The notes below the pieces were generated by a model. The model was not told where the DNA came from and searched no databases. It was given only the letters and a program-made list of their open reading frames with translations. Shown in pieces: positions 53,579 to 63,066 of a DNA stretch of 64,000 bases. The translations under genes were made by a program, and so were the position numbers. Every line of letters starts with the position of its first letter. Position 1 is the stretch's first letter. The DNA comes from Thaumarchaeota archaeon UBA223 (GTDB lineage: Archaea; Thermoproteota; Nitrososphaeria; Nitrososphaerales; UBA57). The stretch is taken from assembly GCA_002495905.1 (NCBI GenBank), contig DAHJ01000022.1:1008-65007 (forward strand), read 5' to 3'.

Positions 53579-54116
53579 AAAATTTTTACAGGATTCGAAA
53601 AAATCTATAGATAGTCTTATAGAAAACAATGATAAGATTTCTGAAATGATCAATGTATTGCAAGAAGTACGCAATAATAAAAGAAATGTTTTTGTAATTG
53701 GAAATGGTGGGAGTTCTTCAACTGCTTCACATTTTGTTTGTGATTTATTAAAAACTTCAATGAATGATAAACAACCAAGATTTAGAGCGCAATGTTTTAC
53801 CGATAATACACCAGTAATGACTGCATGGTCGAATGATGTTTCTTACGATGATATTTTTTCAGAACAGTTAAAGAATTTTGTTGAACAAGGTGATATTTTG
53901 ATTGCAATAAGTTGTAGTGGTAATTCACCTAATATTTTAAAAGCAGTAGACCAAGCTAAGAAAAATGGAATAAAAACAATAGGATTGACAGGTCAATCAG
54001 GTAAATTAAGTAATATAACTGATTTGGCAATCAAAGTACCTTCGGATAATATATTATTAATAGAAGGAGTTCACTCAGTTTTATTACATTATATAACAGA
54101 AAGATTACGAGGATGA
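53568..54116 (+). CDS. gmhA: phosphoheptose (sedoheptulose-7-phosphate) isomerase, SIS domain
   Basis: 182 aa. VFVIGNGGSSSTASHFVCDL and ISCSGNSPNI are present. Confidence 0.85.
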   Translation: MENEKFLQDSKKSIDSLIENNDKISEMINVLQEVRNNKRNVFVIGNGGSSSTASHFVCDLLKTSMNDKQPRFRAQCFTDNTPVMTAWSNDVSYDDIFSEQLKNFVEQGDILIAISCSGNSPNILKAVDQAKKNGIKTIGLTGQSGKLSNITDLAIKVPSDNILLIEGVHSVLLHYITERLRG

Positions 54117-54559
54117 AATCACCCGCTTTATTTATCGACAGAGATGGAACAATAATTAAACAAATAGATGGGCATTATATATCATCTATAAAACAAATTG
54201 AATTAATAGAAAATATTTTTCCAGCAGTTCTAATGTTGCAGAATGAAGGATATTTGATAATAATGGTAACAAATCAAGCAGGAATAAATAAAGGAATACT
54301 AAGTAACCAACTGGTAGATGAAATCAATCAGCATATAGTGAAATTGTTAAAGAAACGAGGAATAGATGTAACGGCAGTATATGTATGTCCACATAAACCT
54401 GAAGAACAATGTAAATGTAGGAAACCCCAACCTGGATTACTACTTAAAGCTGCTAAAGAACATAATATTGATTTAGAGAATAGCGTGATAATTGGCGATA
54501 CTGATAAAGATACTGAAGCAGGTCTCAATGCAGGTTTAAAGAAAGTGATTAAAATTTGA
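54113..54559 (+). CDS. gmhB: D,D-heptose 1,7-bisphosphate phosphatase (HAD IIIA)
   Basis: 148 aa. ALFIDRDGTII, VTNQAGI, the zinc-site pattern CPH...C.CRKPQPGL and GDTDKD are present. Confidence 0.85.
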   Translation: MKSPALFIDRDGTIIKQIDGHYISSIKQIELIENIFPAVLMLQNEGYLIIMVTNQAGINKGILSNQLVDEINQHIVKLLKKRGIDVTAVYVCPHKPEEQCKCRKPQPGLLLKAAKEHNIDLENSVIIGDTDKDTEAGLNAGLKKVIKI

Positions 54560-55335
54560 AGATTACAATAATTACGCCAATACATGGAAAGAAAAAACAT
54601 TATGCAAACATGATTCAAAAGATTGGATCAAGATTAAATGAACAAACAGTGAAACCTTTTGAATGGATTATTGTCTGTGATGATAAATCCACATGGGTAA
54701 AAGATTTAGAAATACCCAAATTTACTACAATAAAAATTGCTGAGAAGAATAATATTTCATTAAAAAGAAACCTTGCATTAGATAGTGTTAATGGGAATTA
54801 TGTATTATTATTAGATTCCGATCAAATACCAGAATCAAATGAATTAATTGCAGATTGTATAAAGAAATCTGAAGAAGGATTTAATCTAATTAGGATTCCA
54901 GAAAAATTTTCAGGAACTGGAGGATATTTGAAGAGAAGTTATCATCAACTTAGAGGTCTGTATTGGGAAAAGAGTGATGAAGGAATTCCAAGATTTGTTA
55001 AAACTGAATTAGTAAAAAATAAAAGATTTGATCCAGAACGTTTACATTTTGAAGATGAGTTATTTTTTGAAGAACTAAGAACAGTACATAAAGAAGCAAA
55101 AGTTGAAAGTATAATTATTCATAACGAAGGATTTGAATTATATCCTAATTTACGAAAAGCAAGAATCGCACAAAAACAAAGTAAGAGTCATAAGATAAAA
55201 ACGCCATTTAGATTAGATATTAAAACAATAATTTTAGAAACGCCATTGACTTTACTTCCAGGAGTAATTTTCATATTAGGATTAAGAACAATTGCAAAGA
55301 GAATTTTACCAGTAGAATCGGGAACATCAAGATAA
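54556..55335 (+). CDS. GT2-like glycosyltransferase with C-terminal TM segment
   Basis: 259 aa. ITIITPIHG, VLLLDSDQIP (DxD) and a C-terminal hydrophobic LTLLPGVIFILGL are present. The TTG start overlaps the gmhB TGA. Confidence 0.6.
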   Translation: MKITIITPIHGKKKHYANMIQKIGSRLNEQTVKPFEWIIVCDDKSTWVKDLEIPKFTTIKIAEKNNISLKRNLALDSVNGNYVLLLDSDQIPESNELIADCIKKSEEGFNLIRIPEKFSGTGGYLKRSYHQLRGLYWEKSDEGIPRFVKTELVKNKRFDPERLHFEDELFFEELRTVHKEAKVESIIIHNEGFELYPNLRKARIAQKQSKSHKIKTPFRLDIKTIILETPLTLLPGVIFILGLRTIAKRILPVESGTSR

Positions 55336-55374
55336 TCATCTGGGTTAAATACGAAGATTTCAGACATAATATTA

Positions 55375-55866
55375 ATGAAAGGGAAGACTGTAAAAGAATC
55401 AACAATTACCTCATCACACTTAATGCTGATAAAAGACTCGGGAAATTTTATTTTCGAGGCAGGAAAAACAATTCCAATGGTTCATGGTGGAATACTTATG
55501 ACATTAATGGATGAGATAGCTGGAATGGTAGCAACTAAACATTCTGGAACTCAAGTTGCCACAGCATGCATAGATATGCAATTTGTATCCCCTGCATTTG
55601 CAGGAAATAGAATGATTTTAAAATCGTCTGTTAATTACACAACTAAAACATCTATGGAAATAGGCGTAAGAATTGAGGCTGAAGATATGAAAACTGGAGT
55701 AATAAAACATACAAATTCATGTTATTTAGTAGCAGTTGCAATAGATAATGCTGGAAAACCAACCAATATACCTGCAATAATACCTGAGACTAAAGATGAA
55801 CAAAGACGCTTTAATGAAGCAAAGGCAAGAAATGAAGAAAGACTGAAAAAAAGAATTAAAAATTAA
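55375..55866 (+). CDS. hotdog-fold acyl-CoA thioesterase
   Basis: 163 aa. VHGGILMTLMDEIAGMVA and the overall 4HBT/YciA-like pattern are present. Confidence 0.75.
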   Translation: MKGKTVKESTITSSHLMLIKDSGNFIFEAGKTIPMVHGGILMTLMDEIAGMVATKHSGTQVATACIDMQFVSPAFAGNRMILKSSVNYTTKTSMEIGVRIEAEDMKTGVIKHTNSCYLVAVAIDNAGKPTNIPAIIPETKDEQRRFNEAKARNEERLKKRIKN

Positions 55867-55867
55867 A

Positions 55868-57082
55868 TTATTTCTTGATTAATTTCTGAATTTCATCTAT
55901 ATTAGAAGAGACTTCAGTGGGTTTTTCAACAAATTTAGTAATTATATCAGGATCTTTTAATCCATGACCTGTAGCTATACAAACTACTTCTTCATCACTG
56001 GAAATAGTGCCATTACGAAGTAACTTTTTCAATGCTGCAATAGGGGCGGCGCTAGCAGGTTCTATGAATAAACCTTCAAGTTTAGCAAGATTCATCTGGC
56101 CTTCAAGAATTTCTTTATCAGAAACAGTGGTAGCCAAACCGTTTGAATCGTAAATTGCTCGTAAAGCTTTTTTCCAACTAGCAGGAGCGCCAATTCGTAT
56201 TGCAGTAGCCAAGGTTTCAGGTTTTTGAACATTATTGACTTCCATTTTCCCTTCGGAAAACGCGGCAGAAATAGGAGAAGAACCTTCTGCTTGAACTCCT
56301 ACAAGTTTAGGAAGTTTATCAATTATACCTAGTTGAAGGAATTCATTCAGTCCTTTCCAAATGGCACTAACATTTCCAGCATTGCCAACAGGAACAATTA
56401 TCCAATCAGGAATATGACCTAATTGTTCAAAGATTTCAAAGACAATAGTTTTTTGTCCTTCAAGTCGGAAAGGGTTAATTGAATTAACAAGATAGATATC
56501 GTCGTATTTTCTAGATAGTTCTACAACTACTTCAAGACATTTATCAAAATTTCCATCAATTTGTAAAACATGAGCACCACAAATCATAGCTTGAGATAAT
56601 TTTCCATAAGCAACTTTTCCAGATGGAATTAATACAATTCGTTTTAAACCACCACGAGCTCCATATGCTGCAAGAGATGCAGAAGTATTACCAGTAGATG
56701 CACAAGAAATAATTTTTGCGCCTAATTGTTTAGCTTTAGTAACTGCAACAGTCATACCACGATCTTTAAAAGATGCAGTCGGATTGTCTCCTTCATTTTT
56801 AATATGCAAATTATCTATACCAAAAAAGCTGGAAAGTTTTTTAGAATTATGTAAACGAGTACCGCCTTCTCTAAGTGTAACACGTTCAACACCAGAAGGA
56901 ATAGGTAAGAAATCTTCATATTTCCATACAGATAAAGGAGAATCACGCCAATTAGAACCTAAATTATTAGATATTTTATCTAAATCATATTCAACTTCAA
57001 GTAAATCATTACATTTTGAACAATTGTATAATATAGAATCTGTATCAAACAATGAAGAACAATTAATACATTTTAAATCCAT
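55868..57082 (-). CDS. thrC: threonine synthase
   Basis: 404 aa. The N-terminal Zn-ribbon CINCS...CSKCN, the PLP-lysine motif NPTASFKDRG and GNAGN are present. Confidence 0.93.
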   Translation of the reverse strand: MDLKCINCSSLFDTDSILYNCSKCNDLLEVEYDLDKISNNLGSNWRDSPLSVWKYEDFLPIPSGVERVTLREGGTRLHNSKKLSSFFGIDNLHIKNEGDNPTASFKDRGMTVAVTKAKQLGAKIISCASTGNTSASLAAYGARGGLKRIVLIPSGKVAYGKLSQAMICGAHVLQIDGNFDKCLEVVVELSRKYDDIYLVNSINPFRLEGQKTIVFEIFEQLGHIPDWIIVPVGNAGNVSAIWKGLNEFLQLGIIDKLPKLVGVQAEGSSPISAAFSEGKMEVNNVQKPETLATAIRIGAPASWKKALRAIYDSNGLATTVSDKEILEGQMNLAKLEGLFIEPASAAPIAALKKLLRNGTISSDEEVVCIATGHGLKDPDIITKFVEKPTEVSSNIDEIQKLIKK

Positions 57083-58020
57083 TATCTAATAACACGAGCT
57101 CCTTTTCCAATCTTAGTAAATATTACTGAAGAATCAAAACCTGCAGATTTAAATTGTTTTTTGAAACATTGTTTAATTTTTGGAAATAGTTTTTTATTGT
57201 CAGTAAATGATATAATTGAAGGTCCAGCACCGCTGATTGTAACTCCAAGAGTGCCAATATCTAATAATTCTGATTTGATTTTATTATAATTTGGAATAGT
57301 ACTAGAACGAGCAGATTCTACAATATTGTCGTTCATTGATTTTCCAATGAGTTGTTTATTTCCATTGGAGAATCCAGCTACCATCATAGAAGCATATGAC
57401 GCATTCGCTACAGAATCAGTAAATTTTACTTTAGATGGAATTAATTTTCTTGCTTTACCAGTCTTTTTTGCGACAGATTTCGTTTTAGGGATACCAATAC
57501 AAACATGAAGGTTTTTAGGAGGAGAAAATGAGACAATATCTTCACAGGTAGATGAATTAATTACAACAAAACCACCGAATAGTGATCCCGCAACGTTATC
57601 AGCATGACTAATTCCTGCAGAAGCAACTTCGCCACTAGCTGCAAATTTTAATTTTTCTGTATCAGACAATTTAAGAGAAAACAATCTATCTAGTCCAACA
57701 GTGACAGCAGCTGCAGTTGCAGCACTACTACCAAGGCCTTTTCCAGGAGGAACTCCTTTTTTCACAGTTAGATCAATACCGGGTAAATTAAATTCTTTAA
57801 GAATATTGATTGCAACTATTCCGCCAGTATGTTCTTCAGGTTTAGTAGATATGCCAGATTTTAATCCAAGATTCTTTATAGATATTACAGAATTATCATT
57901 CCTTGATATTTTGACTGTGTCAAATAAGTTGTCCAAGGATATGGCAAAACAATCAAAACCAGAACCAAGATTTGCACTAGAAGCAGGTCCTAAAGCAGTA
58001 ATATTCTTTGTATTTTTCAA
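57082..58020 (-). CDS. thrB: homoserine kinase
   Basis: 312 aa. The GHMP motif PPGKGLGSSAATAAA and ISGAGPS are present. It overlaps thrC by 1 nt. Confidence 0.9.
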   Translation of the reverse strand: MKNTKNITALGPASSANLGSGFDCFAISLDNLFDTVKISRNDNSVISIKNLGLKSGISTKPEEHTGGIVAINILKEFNLPGIDLTVKKGVPPGKGLGSSAATAAAVTVGLDRLFSLKLSDTEKLKFAASGEVASAGISHADNVAGSLFGGFVVINSSTCEDIVSFSPPKNLHVCIGIPKTKSVAKKTGKARKLIPSKVKFTDSVANASYASMMVAGFSNGNKQLIGKSMNDNIVESARSSTIPNYNKIKSELLDIGTLGVTISGAGPSIISFTDNKKLFPKIKQCFKKQFKSAGFDSSVIFTKIGKGARVIR

Positions 58021-58131
58021 TATATGCTAGTAATGTTTGAATAATATAATAATATATTCATATTTTACTCATAAAATATAAGGAATATTCGATATATTGA
58101 GAAATTGTTAATATGTTCGAGTAGGTAGATT

Positions 58132-58137
58132 AAGGAG
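58132..58137 (+). promoter_or_regulatory. Shine-Dalgarno-like AAGGAG supporting the TTG start of hom
   Basis: The sequence taAGGAGaataataaaTTG places GGAG 9 nt upstream of the TTG at 58147. Confidence 0.4.
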
Positions 58138-58146
58138 AATAATAAA

Positions 58147-59157
58147 TTGAGAACTATATTAATTGGACTTGGAACAATTGGTCAAAGTTATTGTCAATTA
58201 TTAGAAAATAGAAAAGAAGATTTACTTAGAAATTATGGAATTGATTCGAAGATTGTTGCAGTTGCAGATTCAAAAGGAGTTGCAATAAATGAAAAAGGTA
58301 TCAATATAAATGAGATATTAGAAATTAAAAACAAGAATAAATCAGTATCAGATCTTAGTATTGGTGATAAGAATAAAACATCTATTGATTTGATTAATGA
58401 GATTGATGCAGAATTATTAGTAGATGCAACACCAACAAATATACAAGATGGAGAGCCATCGGCAAGTCTATTAGAAAGTGCAATGAAAACAAAAAAGAAT
58501 ATAATAACAGCAAATAAAGGTCCATTAGCACTTGCATTTTCTTCAGTAATTGAAAAAGCAGAATATAATAACGTAGTTTTGAAGTATAGTGCAACAGTGG
58601 GCGGAGGAACACCGGTATTAGAATTTGGACGAAAATGTTTAGAAGCAGATAGGATATTGGAAATGCATGCAATATTAAATGGTACAACTAATTATATGCT
58701 AACGGAAATGGATAATAGAGGATTAAGTTATCAAGAAGCCTTACAAGAGGCGCAAGAATTAGGATATGCAGAAACAGATCCAACATTGGATGTTGATGGT
58801 TTTGATGCAGCTGCAAAGTTAGTCATAATGGGTAATTTATTACTCGATAAGGAATTAGCATTAAAAGATTTAAAAATAGAAGGAATAAGAGACATAACAC
58901 AAAAAGATATTACTAAGGCAAAAGATAATGGAGATACAATAAAATTGATTGCAAGTGTGAATGATATGGCAAAAGTTGAACCAGTAAGAATATCGAAGAA
59001 CGATCCAATGTCAGTAACGGGTGCATTATGTTCAGTGAAATTTGTTTCAGAATTTGCAGGTGAAGAAGTAATAATAGGAAAGGGAGCAGGCGGTATGGAA
59101 ACTGCAAGTGCTATGATTCGAGATTTAGTTGAAATCAAACAAAATATGAGGGTTTAG
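58147..59157 (+). CDS. hom: homoserine dehydrogenase
   Basis: 336 aa. ILIGLGTIGQ (NAD-binding), ...ANKGPLA... and GYAETDPTLDVDGFDAAAK are present. The start is TTG. Confidence 0.9.
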   Translation: MRTILIGLGTIGQSYCQLLENRKEDLLRNYGIDSKIVAVADSKGVAINEKGININEILEIKNKNKSVSDLSIGDKNKTSIDLINEIDAELLVDATPTNIQDGEPSASLLESAMKTKKNIITANKGPLALAFSSVIEKAEYNNVVLKYSATVGGGTPVLEFGRKCLEADRILEMHAILNGTTNYMLTEMDNRGLSYQEALQEAQELGYAETDPTLDVDGFDAAAKLVIMGNLLLDKELALKDLKIEGIRDITQKDITKAKDNGDTIKLIASVNDMAKVEPVRISKNDPMSVTGALCSVKFVSEFAGEEVIIGKGAGGMETASAMIRDLVEIKQNMRV

Positions 59158-59159
59158 AA

Positions 59160-60548
59160 ATGAAATTAGTATTAAAATTTGGAGGTACTTCAGTAGGAAA
59201 TGGAACAAAAATTAGCAATGTATGTGAAATTGTCAAGAAGGTTAAAGAAGATAATCAAGTTATAGTAGTTTCATCTGCATTACAATCAACAACTGATGAA
59301 TTATTAGAATTAGCTGAATATGCAAAGAAGGGAAATGTTAACGAGAAGATCATTGATGAGATATCTCAAAGACATCATGGAGCAATTAAAGAGATAATCA
59401 AGAATAATGAAATACAAAATGAGGTTTCTGGAATAATAAGTCAATTAATTAATGAATTAAAAAAGACAGTTGATGGAGTAATAATTGTTAAAGAACTTAG
59501 TGATAAAACTGAAGATAAGATTGTTTCTTTTGGAGAACGTTTAGCAGTACCAATTATATCTGCAAAACTTAGAGACATGGGAATAGAATCTAAATTTTTT
59601 ACAGGAGGAGACGTAGGAATAATGACCGATGATAATTTTGGAAATGCATCACCAATGATGAAAGTTACTCAACATAATGTTAAAAATAATTTATCAGAAT
59701 TAATTGAACATACAGTACCTGTAATTACAGGATTTATTGGGGAAACACAACAAGGAGACATATCAACAATAGGTAGAGGCGGATCAGATTTTTCTGCATC
59801 ACTAATAGGGATGTGTTTAGGCGTTGATGAAATATGGTTTATGACGGATGTAGATGGTTTACTAACAGCAAATCCAAAAATTTATCCAACTGCAAAAACT
59901 ATTCCACAATTATCTTATAATGAAGCTGTAGAAATGGCAACCATGGGAGCAAAAGGAATGCATGCACGAGCACTTGAACCTGCAAAAGATGCAAATATTC
60001 CTGTAAGGATAAAAAATACATTCAAACCGGAAGTAGATGGTACTTTAATCAATGATGAAGTGATTGTAAAACCTGATGAAATAACAAAAGCTGTTGCATC
60101 ACTAAATGGATTAGCAATGATTACTATTGCTGGAATGAATATGGTTGGAAACCCGGGAACAGCAGGAGAGATATTCAGTATGTTAGGCAGAAACAAGATA
60201 AACATAATAATGATTTCACAAAGTATTTCAGAGGCAAACATAACGTTTTTAATTAAACGTGAAAATTTAAGAAAAGCTGTAAGCGTTCTTCAAGTTAGTT
60301 TGTTAGGAAAGAGTTCTGTAACAGATGTTACATCAGATGATGAAGTATGTGTAGTATCAATCGTGGGAGCTGGAATGAAAGGAACAAGCGGAGTAGCAGC
60401 AAAGTTATTTAGTGCTATATCTGAAGTGAACATAAATGTAAAGATGATAGCTCAGGGATCTTCAGAGCAAAATATATCATTCGTAGTACAAGAAACTGAT
60501 TTAAAACAAACAATCGAAGCAATTCATAAAGAATTCAAGATGGATTAA
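59160..60548 (+). CDS. lysC: aspartate kinase
   Basis: 462 aa. LKFGGTSVG, GRGGSDFSA and two C-terminal ACT-like repeats are present. Confidence 0.93.
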   Translation: MKLVLKFGGTSVGNGTKISNVCEIVKKVKEDNQVIVVSSALQSTTDELLELAEYAKKGNVNEKIIDEISQRHHGAIKEIIKNNEIQNEVSGIISQLINELKKTVDGVIIVKELSDKTEDKIVSFGERLAVPIISAKLRDMGIESKFFTGGDVGIMTDDNFGNASPMMKVTQHNVKNNLSELIEHTVPVITGFIGETQQGDISTIGRGGSDFSASLIGMCLGVDEIWFMTDVDGLLTANPKIYPTAKTIPQLSYNEAVEMATMGAKGMHARALEPAKDANIPVRIKNTFKPEVDGTLINDEVIVKPDEITKAVASLNGLAMITIAGMNMVGNPGTAGEIFSMLGRNKINIIMISQSISEANITFLIKRENLRKAVSVLQVSLLGKSSVTDVTSDDEVCVVSIVGAGMKGTSGVAAKLFSAISEVNINVKMIAQGSSEQNISFVVQETDLKQTIEAIHKEFKMD

Positions 60549-60599
60549 TAAGATTTAAAACAATACTCTTAAATTTTCTAAAATGTTCTTGAAGATAAG

Positions 60600-61673
60600 A
60601 TGTACAAAATTGCAATTTTAGGTTCTACTGGAATGGTTGGGCAGCAATTTATTTCAGGTTTACAGAATCATCCATGGTTTGAAGTAACATGTTTAGCAGC
60701 GTCTGAGAGATCTGCAGGTAAGAAATACATAGATGCCATAAAGAACAGTGCAGGTTCTATTCAATGGTTTGGAGAAGGTGAAATAAATGAAAACATTAAG
60801 AATATGACAGTTAAGAATGTTAACGAAATTGATCCATCAGAATTTGATATTGCTTATTCAGCATTAGAAGCAGGAGCTGCTCAAATTGAATCTAAATTTG
60901 CAGAGCATATTCCTGTTTTAAGTACAGCGTCAGCTTATAGGTATGAGGAAGACGTACCAATATTAATTCCAACAGTAAATGACGAACATGTACCGCTATT
61001 AGAAAAACAAAAGAAAAGAGGATGGAAAGGATTTGTTGCGCCGCAAGCTAACTGTACAACTACAGGCCTTGTAATAACATTGAAACCCATCTTAGATGAA
61101 TTTGGTATTGATTCAGTGGTAATCACGTCATTACAAGCAGTATCAGGTGCAGGAAGAAATCCAGGAATACCACTTTTTGATTTAGTTGATAATATAATTC
61201 CATACATACCTAAAGAGGAAGAAAAAGTATCAATAGAATTAAAAAAGATTCTTGGTAATTATGATGGAAATAGTATAGTTAATGCAAAATATAATGTGTC
61301 AGCAACTTGTACACGAGTAGGTGTATTAGATGGACATACAGAATCAGTATTAGTAAATACAAAGAAGAAAGCAGAAGTTGAAGATGTAATAAGAGTGATG
61401 GATAAATTTGCAAATTCACTTTCAGATATGGATCTCCCATCAGCTCCGAAGAAATTAATTACAATACATAATGATCCTTTTAGACCACAACCCAGATTGG
61501 ATAGAGAGTTAGAAGGCGGAATGACAACATCAGTAGGAAGGATAAGAAAGGATGAAGTATTTCCTAATGGAATAAAATATGTATTGTTATCTCATAATAC
61601 AAGAATGGGAGCCGCAAAAGGCGTAATTCTTACAAGCGAGATGCTAATTAAATCGAATATAATTAATAATTAG
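60600..61673 (+). CDS. asd: aspartate-semialdehyde dehydrogenase
   Basis: 357 aa. ILGSTGMVGQ, the catalytic-Cys segment QANCTTTGLV and SGAG are present. Confidence 0.9.
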   Translation: MYKIAILGSTGMVGQQFISGLQNHPWFEVTCLAASERSAGKKYIDAIKNSAGSIQWFGEGEINENIKNMTVKNVNEIDPSEFDIAYSALEAGAAQIESKFAEHIPVLSTASAYRYEEDVPILIPTVNDEHVPLLEKQKKRGWKGFVAPQANCTTTGLVITLKPILDEFGIDSVVITSLQAVSGAGRNPGIPLFDLVDNIIPYIPKEEEKVSIELKKILGNYDGNSIVNAKYNVSATCTRVGVLDGHTESVLVNTKKKAEVEDVIRVMDKFANSLSDMDLPSAPKKLITIHNDPFRPQPRLDRELEGGMTTSVGRIRKDEVFPNGIKYVLLSHNTRMGAAKGVILTSEMLIKSNIINN

Positions 61674-61737
61674 ATTTTCACATACTTTTTAATTATAACA
61701 AATATATTTCATAGTATTGAGGAGAAAGTAATCAAAA

Positions 61738-62214
61738 TTGGAAAAATTTGATGAAATAGATGTAAGAATTTTAGCAGAATTAATTCAAGAATCAAACATA
61801 TCGATTCCGAAATTAAGTGATAGAATTGAGATTAATTCATCAGTAGTATATAGTAGAATTAACCGATTAATTAGAAAGGGTTTCATAAAAAAATACACAT
61901 TAGAAGTAGATGAAAATTTATTAGGTTATCCAATAAAAGCAGTAATCGGTTGTAATATTAGTTCGAGGCAACGAGATACGATTTTAAAGGATATTGAACA
62001 AATAAAAGAAACAAGAGAAATTATTGAAATTACAGGTAGATTTGATTTACTGATTTCGGTGAGTGCAGAATCGTTAGATGATTTACACGAATTGGTATCG
62101 AAAAAAGTGTCTCAAATAGACGGAGTTACACATACAGAAACATTTATTGAGATGAAAAGGCATCAATTGAGTTTTATTTCAAGAATAGATACAAATTCAG
62201 ATAGTAAAAAATAA
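61738..62214 (+). CDS. lrp: Lrp/AsnC-family transcriptional regulator
   Basis: 158 aa. An N-terminal HTH (DEIDVRILAELIQESNISIPKLSDRI) is followed by a RAM/AsnC ligand domain (...ITGRFDLLISV...). The start is TTG. Confidence 0.88.
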   Translation: MEKFDEIDVRILAELIQESNISIPKLSDRIEINSSVVYSRINRLIRKGFIKKYTLEVDENLLGYPIKAVIGCNISSRQRDTILKDIEQIKETREIIEITGRFDLLISVSAESLDDLHELVSKKVSQIDGVTHTETFIEMKRHQLSFISRIDTNSDSKK

Positions 62215-62286
62215 GAGAATAATTAACAAATCCGTCTAATTATTTTACACCTATTCCATTAGATTGGATTAAGTAATAAATAAGGT

Positions 62287-63066
62287 ATGCAAAAGGTGGA
62301 TTATGAATCATTTGGAATTTCTAAAGAAAACAACAATCAACCTGAAAAAATCATAAAGGATCCTTTTGGAAAATTCGAGGATGTAAACATACAAAAAGCA
62401 ATTCCAAAGAAGATAATCAAAGATATAAAAAGGAAGAAAGAATTTATTGAAAATGGAATAAACAGAATTGAAGAAGCATCAAAAATACGATATCCTGAAT
62501 ATTATATTGAACCGATTTTACCCATTGCATTTACATCGTTAGAAAGAGGAAGTCCAACTCCATATTTTGCGAGAAATATCTTTCATATTTGGAAAGGAGA
62601 AGTAAGGATAATTATTCAATTATCAGCGCCATTGATAGCATTTGGATTAAAGGGTACAATACAAGCAATATTGGCGCATGAATTTCTTCACTATATAGAA
62701 TATGTTAGAAAATTTGAAAGATTAGATATAATCTCAGATGAAATATCAAGTACTTTATTTGAAGCAAAATATGCAGATGCTTGTAGGTCGTTTAAACCAG
62801 AATTAATTTTTACACACAGTAATAAGGCACCTCAAATTCTGAAACATTTAAGAGAAAAATTTCAGAATCATTCAGTTGGCGAGAGATTAATTAAGAAAAC
62901 AACCGATGATTGGATAAATAAGAGTCTACCTGTACGTCGAGTTAATTTAGAAAATAATGTATCAAGCATTCCAATAGAAACAATTATGAGAACAAGATTT
63001 GATTTAGATATAGGTAAAAGAATTAAAGAGTTAGAACAAAATGCAAAAAAATCAAAATCGAGATAA
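62287..63066 (+). CDS. hypothetical protein with HExxH zinc-metallopeptidase-like motif
   Basis: 259 aa. AILAHEFLHYIEY is the only recognisable motif. The termini are basic and there is no TM or signal peptide. Confidence 0.5.
   Translation: MQKVDYESFGISKENNNQPEKIIKDPFGKFEDVNIQKAIPKKIIKDIKRKKEFIENGINRIEEASKIRYPEYYIEPILPIAFTSLERGSPTPYFARNIFHIWKGEVRIIIQLSAPLIAFGLKGTIQAILAHEFLHYIEYVRKFERLDIISDEISSTLFEAKYADACRSFKPELIFTHSNKAPQILKHLREKFQNHSVGERLIKKTTDDWINKSLPVRRVNLENNVSSIPIETIMRTRFDLDIGKRIKELEQNAKKSKSR

Noticed and set aside
60600-61673. The Asd homolog acting as malonyl-CoA or succinyl-CoA reductase of an autotrophic hydroxypropionate/hydroxybutyrate cycle.
   Set aside because: It sits directly after hom and lysC and opposite thrB-thrC. 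Genuine aspartate-semialdehyde dehydrogenase is therefore the simplest reading. The sequence alone cannot exclude promiscuity.
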